Virus genome (UHGV): UHGV-1383976
Source: a virus
Length of the DNA: 64,000 nucleotides
Reading direction: 5' to 3' (one strand)
The position numbers and the translations under genes were made by a program. The notes under the pieces are model-generated. The model did not search any database, was not told where the DNA came from, and saw only the letters and a program-made list of their open reading frames with translations. Position 1 is the first letter of the stretch. Every line of letters starts with the position of its first letter. Below are positions 47,611-54,411 of this stretch, one piece after another.

Positions 47611-48153
47611 GGCTCAGTAGCTCAGAGGCAGAGCGTGCGGCTGTTTACTTGACCTTATCATTCTTTATGAAAAAGATAATGAATAGTAAGCAAAAAGGAA
47701 ACATTACAGAACTTGAAACAATGTTAGCATTTCTAAAACTTGGTTATAATGTTTTAACTCCATATGGAGATTGTGAGAGATATGACTTTGTTGTAGATGT
47801 TAATGGAAAATTTATTCGAGTTCAAGCTAAAACATCAAATACTGAAGATGATGGTGCATCATTTAAATTTTCTTGTAGAAGTTGCAATAGAAAAGATGGT
47901 AAAATTGTGCATCATATATATTTAAGCGAAGAAATTGATTACTTCGTAACTACTTTTAATGGAAAATGTTATTTAATTCCAGTTGAAGAGTGCGGAGCTG
48001 ATAAAAGACTTCGTATTCTTCCAACAAAAAATGGACAGGTAAGAGGTATTACTTGGGCAAAAGATTATGAATTGGAGGAAGTAGTAAAGAATTGGTAAGC
48101 TGATGTGTAAGCAACCGCAAGGTCGAGATATCGTAATTCTCCTGAGCCTCCAT
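47611..48153 (+). tRNA. tRNA (Asn GTT or Asp GTC) interrupted in the anticodon loop by an insertion of about 467 nt that carries a PD-(D/E)XK endonuclease ORF
   Basis: The 5' half is 47611-47645: ggctcag-ta-gctc-agaggca-gagc-g-tgcgg-ctgtt. The 3' half is 48113-48153: aa-ccgca-aggtc-gagat-atcgtaa-ttctc-ctgagcc-t-cca. The acceptor pairs 7/7, the D-stem 4/4 and the anticodon stem tgcgg/ccgca 5/5, with CCA encoded. Confidence 0.55.
47649..48098 (+). CDS. Small PD-(D/E)XK nuclease-like protein inside the interrupted tRNA (homing endonuclease candidate)
   Basis: ERYDFVVDVNGKFIRVQAKT is a D...(E/Q)xK signature. Paralog of 49599..49958. The start may be the internal Met at 47667. Confidence 0.5.
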   Translation: MTLSFFMKKIMNSKQKGNITELETMLAFLKLGYNVLTPYGDCERYDFVVDVNGKFIRVQAKTSNTEDDGASFKFSCRSCNRKDGKIVHHIYLSEEIDYFVTTFNGKCYLIPVEECGADKRLRILPTKNGQVRGITWAKDYELEEVVKNW

Positions 48154-48158
48154 ATTAT

Positions 48159-48234
48159 GCGCCATTAGCTCAGTTGGTAGAGCATGGCACTTTTAATGCT
48201 GGGGTCTGCGGTTCAAGTCCGCAATGGCGCACCA
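48159..48234 (+). tRNA. tRNA-Lys (TTT)
   Basis: Perfect acceptor gcgccat/atggcgc, anticodon loop ctTTTaa, T-loop ttcaagt and CCA. Confidence 0.8.
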
Positions 48235-48254
48235 TAAATTTTGGAGGAAGTAAA

Positions 48255-48515
48255 ATGAAGCTGACAGAGAAAGGGACAATTGTATTTGCCGCTGCGTTAG
48301 AGCATTGTCCCAATGAACCTTTTACAGCGGCCAGTTTATCAACAAAGTGTGGCCTTCCTATTTCTGCAGCTACACTCAATGGTATCACCAATCAGGGACT
48401 TATGACTCGACTTGGCGGTTCGCCCGTTAAGTTTGAGTTAGTTTCTAACGCGAAAGACTTGTATAACAAGGCGCGCGAAGGCAAATCGGCGAATGAAAAT
48501 TTAAATAAAGCGTAG
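48255..48515 (+). CDS. Small putative DNA-binding protein (MKLTEK paralog 2)
   Basis: The listed ORF 48174.. begins inside tRNA-Lys. The real start is the ATG at 48255 with RBS GGAGGAAG. Paralog of 26606..26860. Confidence 0.45.
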   Translation: MKLTEKGTIVFAAALEHCPNEPFTAASLSTKCGLPISAATLNGITNQGLMTRLGGSPVKFELVSNAKDLYNKAREGKSANENLNKA

Positions 48516-48581
48516 GTTGCGAAAAATGATGAGTTTTATACTCAATATCAAGACATTGAAAAAGAGATTCTGCAGTATGAC

Positions 48582-49358
48582 TTGCGTGGTAAAAAGGTTT
48601 TATGTAATTGTAATGATGGTTTGACAAGTGAGTTCTTAAATTATTTTGTCAATAATTTTGATTGTCTTGAACTTGATGAACTTGTTTGTTTGACTTATAA
48701 TAAAGATGGAAAGGCATATAAGTATACCAAGCGTCCTAAAGTTGACCTTATGGTTGAACCACTCATCGGTTCTGGTGCATTTGATTCACAGGAAGGCCGA
48801 GATGCTCTTGCCGCTTGTGATATTGTTATAACAAATCCTCCCTTTAGTCAATTTCGAGATTTTGTCAATTTGATTTTGTCTTACAAAAAAGATTTTTTGA
48901 TAATTGGCAGTAAAAATGCTATTACCTACAAAGAATTTTTTCCACTTTTAATGAGTGGTAAAGTTCATATTGGCAATTTCAATGTTTCTACTTTTAAACA
49001 GCCAGATGGTACTGATAAAAAATTTGGTAATATCGGTTGGTTTACGACTCTTTCTGTTGTAAAAGCGGCACAACCAATTCCTTTAACAGCAACCTATGAT
49101 CCGCAAAATTATCCTACTTATGATAACTTCCGTGCAATTGAAGTAAGTCGCACAGCTAATATTCCTAAGGACTATGATGGCGTAATGGGGGTTCCTATTT
49201 CATTTCTGGACAAATTTTGTCCTACTCAATTTAAAATTGTTGGATGGAGTCGTCATAATGACGAAGGAATGGATGGCGGATACTGGACGGGTGGTTGTGC
49301 TGATGCTACTATAAATGGTAAGCAAGTTTATCGCAGAATTTTGATTCAGAAAATTTGA
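48582..49358 (+). CDS. Second N6-adenine DNA methyltransferase-like protein (NPPF motif)
   Basis: CDIVITNPPFSQFRDF. 258 aa. Paralogous catalytic motif to the CDS at 46410..46961. Confidence 0.5.
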   Translation: MRGKKVLCNCNDGLTSEFLNYFVNNFDCLELDELVCLTYNKDGKAYKYTKRPKVDLMVEPLIGSGAFDSQEGRDALAACDIVITNPPFSQFRDFVNLILSYKKDFLIIGSKNAITYKEFFPLLMSGKVHIGNFNVSTFKQPDGTDKKFGNIGWFTTLSVVKAAQPIPLTATYDPQNYPTYDNFRAIEVSRTANIPKDYDGVMGVPISFLDKFCPTQFKIVGWSRHNDEGMDGGYWTGGCADATINGKQVYRRILIQKI

Positions 49359-49383
49359 TTTTTATTAAAATTTTCGATATAAT
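49355..49383 (+). promoter_or_regulatory. Consensus phage promoter with duplicated leader
   Basis: TTGATT at 49355-49360, N17, TATAAT at 49378-49383, then ATATATATAGAAAGTTGAGAGAGA, identical to the leader at 43389-43412. Confidence 0.55.
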
Positions 49384-49598
49384 ATATATAGAAAGTTGAG
49401 AGAGAAACTTCCAGAGGTTGCGAATTAGCTATTCAATACAAAATCTCTCAAAATGATAAGGTTTTCGGTGTTTTACTTATCGGTTTTCTATGCAAAATGG
49501 TTCTAACAAGCCAGCGTGCGCGCGAGTAAAAGTTGTTAATAAGCGGTTGGCATACGTGATAAGCCGTTGCCCCAGCGAGAAGATTTAATAAATCTTCT

Positions 49599-49958
49599 TT
49601 GTTGGTGGTGTTTAATAAAAATGCGTCAGTAGCAACCCAGTGGTATGATTTGATTATAGAAAAAGATGATAAATTTGAAACAGTACAATGTAAGTGTACT
49701 GGTTCTCAGAACAACGTCATTAGTCTAAAGTCTTGTGGCGGTACAAAAGGTGAAGCTTATGACAATGTTCTTAATCATTCTGGGCTTGATAAATTATTTT
49801 GCGTGGATATAAATGGTAATATGTACGTGATCCCGATGTCAGAGGTTGTGGCATCTGGAAATACTAAGCAAATTACTTTACGTACTGAACCCACAGCAAA
49901 TAATCAAGGTTTTCAAACTCATAAATTTCGAGTTCAATTCTCGTTTCAAGCGTCGTAA
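49599..49958 (+). CDS. PD-(D/E)XK nuclease-like paralog (TTG start, long 5' leader)
   Basis: Shares YDxxxxxxxKFxxVQxK...SxKSC and a C-terminal (M/C)Y(L/V)IP(V/M)xE with the CDS at 47649..48098. No clear RBS. Confidence 0.35.
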   Translation: MLVVFNKNASVATQWYDLIIEKDDKFETVQCKCTGSQNNVISLKSCGGTKGEAYDNVLNHSGLDKLFCVDINGNMYVIPMSEVVASGNTKQITLRTEPTANNQGFQTHKFRVQFSFQAS

Positions 49959-50009
49959 ACCCGTTTCCTTCGAGAGTAACTGGATCGACACCAGTCTGAC
50001 GCACCATTT

Positions 50010-50083
50010 CGGGAATGTGGTGTAATGGTAGCACACTTGATTTGGGGTCAAGGAGAGTGGTTCGAATCCAACATTTCCGACCA
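50010..50083 (+). tRNA. tRNA-Pro (TGG)
   Basis: C1-G72 acceptor cgggaat/atttccg, anticodon stem cttga/tcaag with loop ttTGGgg, T-loop ttcgaat and CCA. Confidence 0.7.
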
Positions 50084-50087
50084 AGAT

Positions 50088-50174
50088 GCTGAGTTCCCAT
50101 AGTGGTCGATTGGAGCGGTCTTGTAAGCCGCAGACTTCGTGTCCGCATCAGTTCGAATCTGATACTCAGCTCCA
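50088..50174 (+). tRNA. Type II tRNA with ambiguous anticodon (TGT by canonical parse; Tyr-like architecture)
   Basis: Acceptor gctgagt/actcagc, 3-bp D-stem, anticodon stem gcggt/gccgc with loop cttgtaa, a 15-nt variable arm, T-arm atcagttcgaatctgat and CCA. Confidence 0.55.
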
Positions 50175-50178
50175 CTAT

Positions 50179-50254
50179 AAGGGAGTAGCCCAATAGGTAA
50201 GGCAGCAGTCTCCAAAACTGAAGATTAAAGGTTCGAGTCCTTTCTCTCTTGCCA
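50179..50254 (+). tRNA. tRNA-Trp (CCA)
   Basis: Acceptor aagggag/ctctctt, anticodon loop ctCCAaa, T-arm aaaggttcgagtccttt and CCA. Confidence 0.7.
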
Positions 50255-50287
50255 ATAATTTCATTTTTCAAATTTCCTTTCTTAAAA

Positions 50288-50317
50288 TTTGACTTTTTCA
50301 AAAAATCTTGATATAAT
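50288..50317 (+). promoter_or_regulatory. Consensus phage promoter in front of the GC-rich ORF-free region
   Basis: AAAATTTGACTTTTT, TTGACT at 50288-50293, N18, TATAAT at 50312-50317. Confidence 0.55.
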
Positions 50318-50324
50318 ATATACA

Positions 50325-51060
50325 TAAGATAAAGAAAAGAAAAAGTCAAAAGGAGGACAATGCTAGTGCCACCTACACGTGGTGTCCTCTGTTTTCGCTA
50401 AGAGCGCTGGCATATATCCAATTAAATAATACTAACTCAGTGAAGACGGAATTCGATGTTCCGGCTGAGAAATTCCAGCTAGCACAGCAGAAACGAAACA
50501 AGGATACTTGTGGATACTGGACTGAGAGGCCATCGAGAGATGAGCCGAAGTAGAGCGGTCGCTCAAGTGGGAAGAAGAGCAGGAATTGTGCTGAGTGAAT
50601 CGCAAGCAAACGCAGCCGTGGAGTGGCGAGCGCAATAGACAGCTTGGTGAATAGCCAAGCCGAACCCAAGTTAGGTCTTAGTTGGTGCCTGTGGCAATCC
50701 TTGGGAAAACCAATAAGCTCGTTCCGTTGAGACGACAGGGAATGTGAAATCTGTCTTTGACACTCTACAGCATCCGAGTAGCGGAACACAACGGGGACTT
50801 ATAGAAAAGATGGTCAGTAATAATAGAAATTGCTATTTTATCTTTCTGAACATCCCGTGAAAGGTAGAGGTAATCAACCCTCTGGCGGATTAGGCGACAT
50901 TAGACACTTGGGCTATCCAAGAGTAACAAGTCAATGTTGTTGCTGGGGTAAGAAGTGTATGGGCGACGGCCTGTATGCTCAGACTTATCTCCCGCGTGGC
51001 AGAATATGCTTGAAGGTTTATCGAGGTAGGGCGAAGGCCCAGTAATATTTAGTTGGATTT
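50325..51060 (+). ncRNA. Candidate large structured non-coding RNA (about 0.7 kb, GC-rich, no credible ORF)
   Basis: Local GC is well above the roughly 36% background. Only short mutually overlapping ORFs occur on both strands, none with an RBS. The region is preceded by a consensus promoter, contains many stable local hairpins and is flanked by tRNA-Trp and tRNA-Met. Confidence 0.4.
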
Positions 51061-51064
51061 ATAT

Positions 51065-51137
51065 GGCAGGACGAGAAGGTTCTCCATTTGGCCTCATAAG
51101 CCAGATTTCGTGGGTTCGATTCCCACTCCTGCATCCA
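51065..51137 (+). tRNA. tRNA-Met or tRNA-Ile2 (CAT), short D-arm
   Basis: Anticodon stem ttggc/gccag with loop ctCATaa, T-arm gtgggttcgattcccac and CCA. G1-A72 mismatch and a compact D-arm. Confidence 0.55.
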
Positions 51138-51140
51138 TAT

Positions 51141-51215
51141 GTCGTATTGGTGTTAGTGGCAGCACGATAGCCTTCCAAGCTATATGGAGGAGTTCGAGTC
51201 TCCTATACGACTCCA
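51141..51215 (+). tRNA. tRNA-Gly (TCC)
   Basis: Acceptor gtcgtat/atacgac, anticodon stem atagc/gctat with loop ctTCCaa, T-arm aggagttcgagtctcct and CCA. Confidence 0.7.
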
Positions 51216-51361
51216 TTTTAGAAATGTCTTGAACGACAGGAGGTTTTGCTTATGGATATAACAAAATCTAATGAGGACTGCGGTCCAACGAACAGGACAA
51301 AGAGTTGGGCCTCTCTATAAAAAGGCCCTCGTAAGAAAATTTGGAAAGGAAGTAAAGTAAA

Positions 51362-51775
51362 ATGAAGTATTATAGTGATGTTCTTCATACGCTGTTTGAT
51401 ACTCAGGATGCGCTTGAGGAAGCCGAAGCGAAGAAAACCGCGGCAGATGCTGAGAAAGTACATGCAAAAGAAACGGCTAGAAAACGTAGAGAAGAAGATA
51501 AAGAACGTTTCCTTGAGTTGAGAAAGAAGTTCAATAAGATCAGCACTGAGTATGACAAGACATCTAAAGAGTATATGGACTATGCTGATAAGATGATGCA
51601 GGAGTATTCATTAGATGCTGTGCTGGATTGGCTTTCTGATGCTTTTCTTTATGATTGTGCCACAGCTAAGACGAAAGCAGATGCATCATCTACCACAACT
51701 GCTACCACGAAAACTGCGCGGGAGCCTGAAAACTTGGGAGAAATTCTTGCCCGTATTTTTGAGGATATGCGCTGA
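51362..51775 (+). CDS. Hypothetical coiled-coil protein
   Basis: 137 aa, Lys/Glu/Ala-rich. RBS AAAGGAAG. Confidence 0.45.
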   Translation: MKYYSDVLHTLFDTQDALEEAEAKKTAADAEKVHAKETARKRREEDKERFLELRKKFNKISTEYDKTSKEYMDYADKMMQEYSLDAVLDWLSDAFLYDCATAKTKADASSTTTATTKTAREPENLGEILARIFEDMR

Positions 51776-51779
51776 GAAT

Positions 51780-52340
51780 TTTGAATAAATTGGCGCGATT
51801 GATTATCAAATCGTCCCACGGAGTTGAAGCTAAAACGTTAGCGGTGAATATGGCCATTCCCGCAAGCTCGGCGGTTTGTTAGGCAACCGCGCGGATGTAA
51901 ATTATTGATAGGAAACTTTGGTTTAATTTACTCACTGAAGTTCTCCAAAAGTCGAACTAGAGCCTAAACTGAGTTCGCAGTGCTGAGGCCGGCATACGCT
52001 CGGAGAGGATGCGTTATTGAGCTAATTGGATTAGTGTCAATGTGAGGCAACGGTGGCCAACTCTTAGAGAGCCACGCGACAGAGTTATGCTAAAAGGCAA
52101 TGCCCAGTATCGGTGCCACTAGGGTTGATAGACAAGTAGTAAAAGTCAGGTGAAGACAATACCGGCTGACATAATTGGGACGTAGTCATAGGCGTAGGCC
52201 GTGCCAAAACTAAAAATCAAAGTGTGCGGCACACGAAACCCAAGTCAGATGCGGGCGATTGAAACGGCGCCCTCAACCCATATAAGGTTTTACAAGAGAT
52301 TTTCCTTGTGTTAGACTAAAAAATCTCTTTTTTGTATAAA
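51780..52340 (+). ncRNA. Second candidate large structured non-coding RNA (about 0.55 kb, GC-rich, completely free of ORFs of 60 aa or more)
   Basis: No ORF is listed on either strand across 51776-52525. GC is elevated. The region ends in an intrinsic terminator (52296-52340) just before tRNA-Gln. Confidence 0.4.
52296..52340 (+). terminator. Rho-independent terminator at the end of the ORF-free region
   Basis: Hairpin aagagatttt...aaaatctctt followed by TTTTTTG. Confidence 0.55.
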
Positions 52341-52343
52341 TTT

Positions 52344-52418
52344 AGAGGTATAGTGTAATTGGCAACACATCGGCCTTTGACGCCGTATTTATAGGTTCGA
52401 GTCCTGTTACCTCTGCCA
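52344..52418 (+). tRNA. tRNA-Gln (TTG)
   Basis: Acceptor agaggta/tacctct, anticodon loop ctTTGac, T-arm ataggttcgagtcctgt and CCA. Confidence 0.65.
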
Positions 52419-52525
52419 ACAGTTCCACATTAGAAAAACCTAATGTGGACTTTTTTATATATATCAGCTACAAAAAATCTACTTAGAAATGCGGGCAACC
52501 GCAAAACACATCAAAGGAGGAGCCT

Positions 52526-53149
52526 ATGGAAGAATTAGGTCTGTTTTTGGGTTTGGGAGATGATGCTAACTATCAGCTTGCTAATCCAAGCCTGTTAGCG
52601 TATTACAAAGAACTCAATGAGCGTCGTCTCTGGCTCGATTGCGAGGTAGATGATGAAGCGATAGGTGATATGTGCCGCCAGATTATTCGCTGGAATAAGG
52701 AGGATGACGCAATAGAACCTTCGAAGAGGAAAAAGATTATTATCTATTTTGTCAGCCCCGGTGGCAGTTTAGACAGCTATCTATGGCTCAAAGACGTAAT
52801 AAATCTGAGTATTACTCCGATAGTTGGTATTATGATGAGCCGCACAGCTAGCGCGGCTGCTCTGATATATCTTCATTGCCACGAACGCTATGCTCTTGAG
52901 AGTTCAAAAATCTTGTTCCATTATGGTTCGATTTCTCTCGCACAAGACGCCGCAAATGCGATTGAGGCGGTAAAAAATTATGAGCAGGAAATCAAAAAGT
53001 TTGTTGACGTAATTCGTGAGCACTCTGACTTTTCAGATGATTATATTCGTGATAAGTTGGTCAAGGATTGGGAACTTACGGCTGACGAAGCTCTCGAACA
53101 TGGCATTGTTCAAAAAATAATAAGCGATATCAGCGAACTCTGGAACTAA
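52526..53149 (+). CDS. ClpP-family serine protease (possible prohead protease)
   Basis: VSPGGSLDS and MMSRTASAAALIY match the ClpP active-site Ser region. RBS AAAGGAGGAG. Confidence 0.6.
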   Translation: MEELGLFLGLGDDANYQLANPSLLAYYKELNERRLWLDCEVDDEAIGDMCRQIIRWNKEDDAIEPSKRKKIIIYFVSPGGSLDSYLWLKDVINLSITPIVGIMMSRTASAAALIYLHCHERYALESSKILFHYGSISLAQDAANAIEAVKNYEQEIKKFVDVIREHSDFSDDYIRDKLVKDWELTADEALEHGIVQKIISDISELWN

Positions 53150-53160
53150 GGAGGTTTGTT

Positions 53161-53481
53161 ATGGATAAATATACTGGCTATTATGAGTGGCATCCATCAG
53201 AACAAGGACTTGAGGATTTTTATTCTGGCCTTTTTACACCTGCAGGGATGGGCTTGGTTGAAAACCAGTATTTGATTATCTATGACTCCGAAGATAAGGT
53301 TATAGATAAATATTTTTGTAAGAACAATGAATTTGAAAAGGTTCATTATATGGCGCTTCAAAGCGATTACTGTGGGGTTATCAAACCACGCAATGTATAT
53401 CAGGAATTGGCTATTCATTCCCTTATGGATAGACGTGTTCCCGTAAAAGTTTTGGGTGGCGTCTTTGGCTCGGGTAAATAA
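53161..53481 (+). CDS. PhoH-like ATPase, exon 1 (ends inside the Walker A motif)
   Basis: Ends ...AIHSLMDRRVPVKVLGGVFGSGK followed by a stop. GxxGSGK is a P-loop truncated just before the expected T/S. The remainder of PhoH is encoded by 54409..54942. Confidence 0.6.
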   Translation: MDKYTGYYEWHPSEQGLEDFYSGLFTPAGMGLVENQYLIIYDSEDKVIDKYFCKNNEFEKVHYMALQSDYCGVIKPRNVYQELAIHSLMDRRVPVKVLGGVFGSGK

Positions 53482-54411
53482 CTTGCCCCTTCTTAGGGCG
53501 ACCTAAGAATGAAAATCGCGTGAATTGCTGGAAGCCTAAGCCGCAAGGTATGGTAATCAGCAGCCAAGCCGTTTTAGCAACGGAAGGTTCAACGACTATC
53601 CCGGCAGGGAGTAGGGAGCAATCCCGAAGCGCGCGACAACTTTTGTTTTGTTTTTATTTTAATAAAGGAGGTGAGGTTATAAATAAGTGGACAGATGAAC
53701 AAAAAGCAGAAATTATTGATGATTATACCAAAAAAGGTATGACTTTGGCAGAGATTGGAAAAAAATTTCATTCTAAAGGAGATACAATTAGTAAATATCT
53801 AAAGTCTTGGGATATTCCCATCAATCGTAGAAAGAAAAATCGGCTTATGAATGAAAAGTTTTTTTCTATAATTGACTCAGCTGAAAAGAGTTATTTTCTG
53901 GGCTTGTTATTCGCTGATGGTTCAGTTGTTTTAAATAGCGAGCGGGCGCCATATGTTTCTTTAGAATTAGTAGAAAAGGACAAAGAAATATTAGAAATTT
54001 TCCGTTCATTATTAAATTGTCAAAATGACTTATACTACAATAAGCGAGATAATCGGAAGAATGGAACATATACTTTTGGAGTAAGAAGTCAATTACTAGC
54101 TGATGATTTAGCTAAATTTAATATCATTCCAAATAAAACTTATGAAACAACCCAAGTAATTTTCCCAGAAAATTTTCTTATTGATTTTCTAAGAGGGTAT
54201 ATTGATGGCGATGGCTCTATTTATCAAAATGTTTATAAGGCCGTTTGGAATGGACAAGATGCTAAACGAATTATAAACATTCTCTATTTAAAGAACGATG
54301 GCATTGCGCTCTCTCGAAAACGAGAACGAGCTAAGTTAGCTCAACAAAACAAAAGTTGATGATATAGTCTAATCCCTTTTTAAAAATATCGGGAAACCGA
54401 GGGTATAAATG
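53476..54411 (+). mobile_element. Group I intron (IA-like) in the phoH-like gene, carrying a LAGLIDADG homing endonuclease ORF
   Basis: Q-like AATCAGCAGCC (53555-53565), R-like GGTTCAACGACTATCCC (53586-53602) and S-like TGATGATATAGTCTAATCC (54357-54376). R/S give a GACTAT/ATAGTC P7 pairing. Proposed splice sites are after U53475 and after G54411, giving an in-frame junction GSG/KDLL. Confidence 0.6.
53520..54359 (+). CDS. LAGLIDADG homing endonuclease (double-motif)
   Basis: Two LAGLIDADG motifs, LGLLFADGSV and LRGYIDGDGSI. The true start is uncertain because the upstream part of the listed ORF overlaps conserved intron elements. The likely start is near 53680, after AAAGGAGG. Confidence 0.75.
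   Translation: MNCWKPKPQGMVISSQAVLATEGSTTIPAGSREQSRSARQLLFCFYFNKGGEVINKWTDEQKAEIIDDYTKKGMTLAEIGKKFHSKGDTISKYLKSWDIPINRRKKNRLMNEKFFSIIDSAEKSYFLGLLFADGSVVLNSERAPYVSLELVEKDKEILEIFRSLLNCQNDLYYNKRDNRKNGTYTFGVRSQLLADDLAKFNIIPNKTYETTQVIFPENFLIDFLRGYIDGDGSIYQNVYKAVWNGQDAKRIINILYLKNDGIALSRKRERAKLAQQNKS

Noticed and set aside
47611-47645. Alternative reading of the tRNA 5' fragment as an attachment-site remnant (partial tRNA duplication left by integration).
   Set aside because: The downstream partner at 48113-48153 is not a duplicate. It is the complementary 3' half: the anticodon-stem complement plus T-arm plus acceptor complement plus CCA. Together the two make one complete cloverleaf, so a split gene is the better explanation.
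49873-51463. ORFs 49873..50349, 49878..50084, 50373..50789, 50432..50635, 50830..51045 and 51218..51463 across the tRNA and GC-rich regions.
   Set aside because: They overlap tRNA-Pro, tRNA-Trp and the type II tRNA, or each other on both strands. None has an RBS, and the products are Arg/Ser/Cys-rich as expected from GC-rich non-coding RNA. Treated as evidence for ncRNA, not genes.
50325-52340. Possibility that the GC-rich regions are tmRNA, RNase P RNA or rRNA fragments.
   Set aside because: No tmRNA tRNA-like end with a tag-peptide frame. No RNase P P4-type conserved stretches (GGAAAGUCCGG-like). No rRNA-like conserved blocks recognisable by eye. Left as unclassified large ncRNA candidates.
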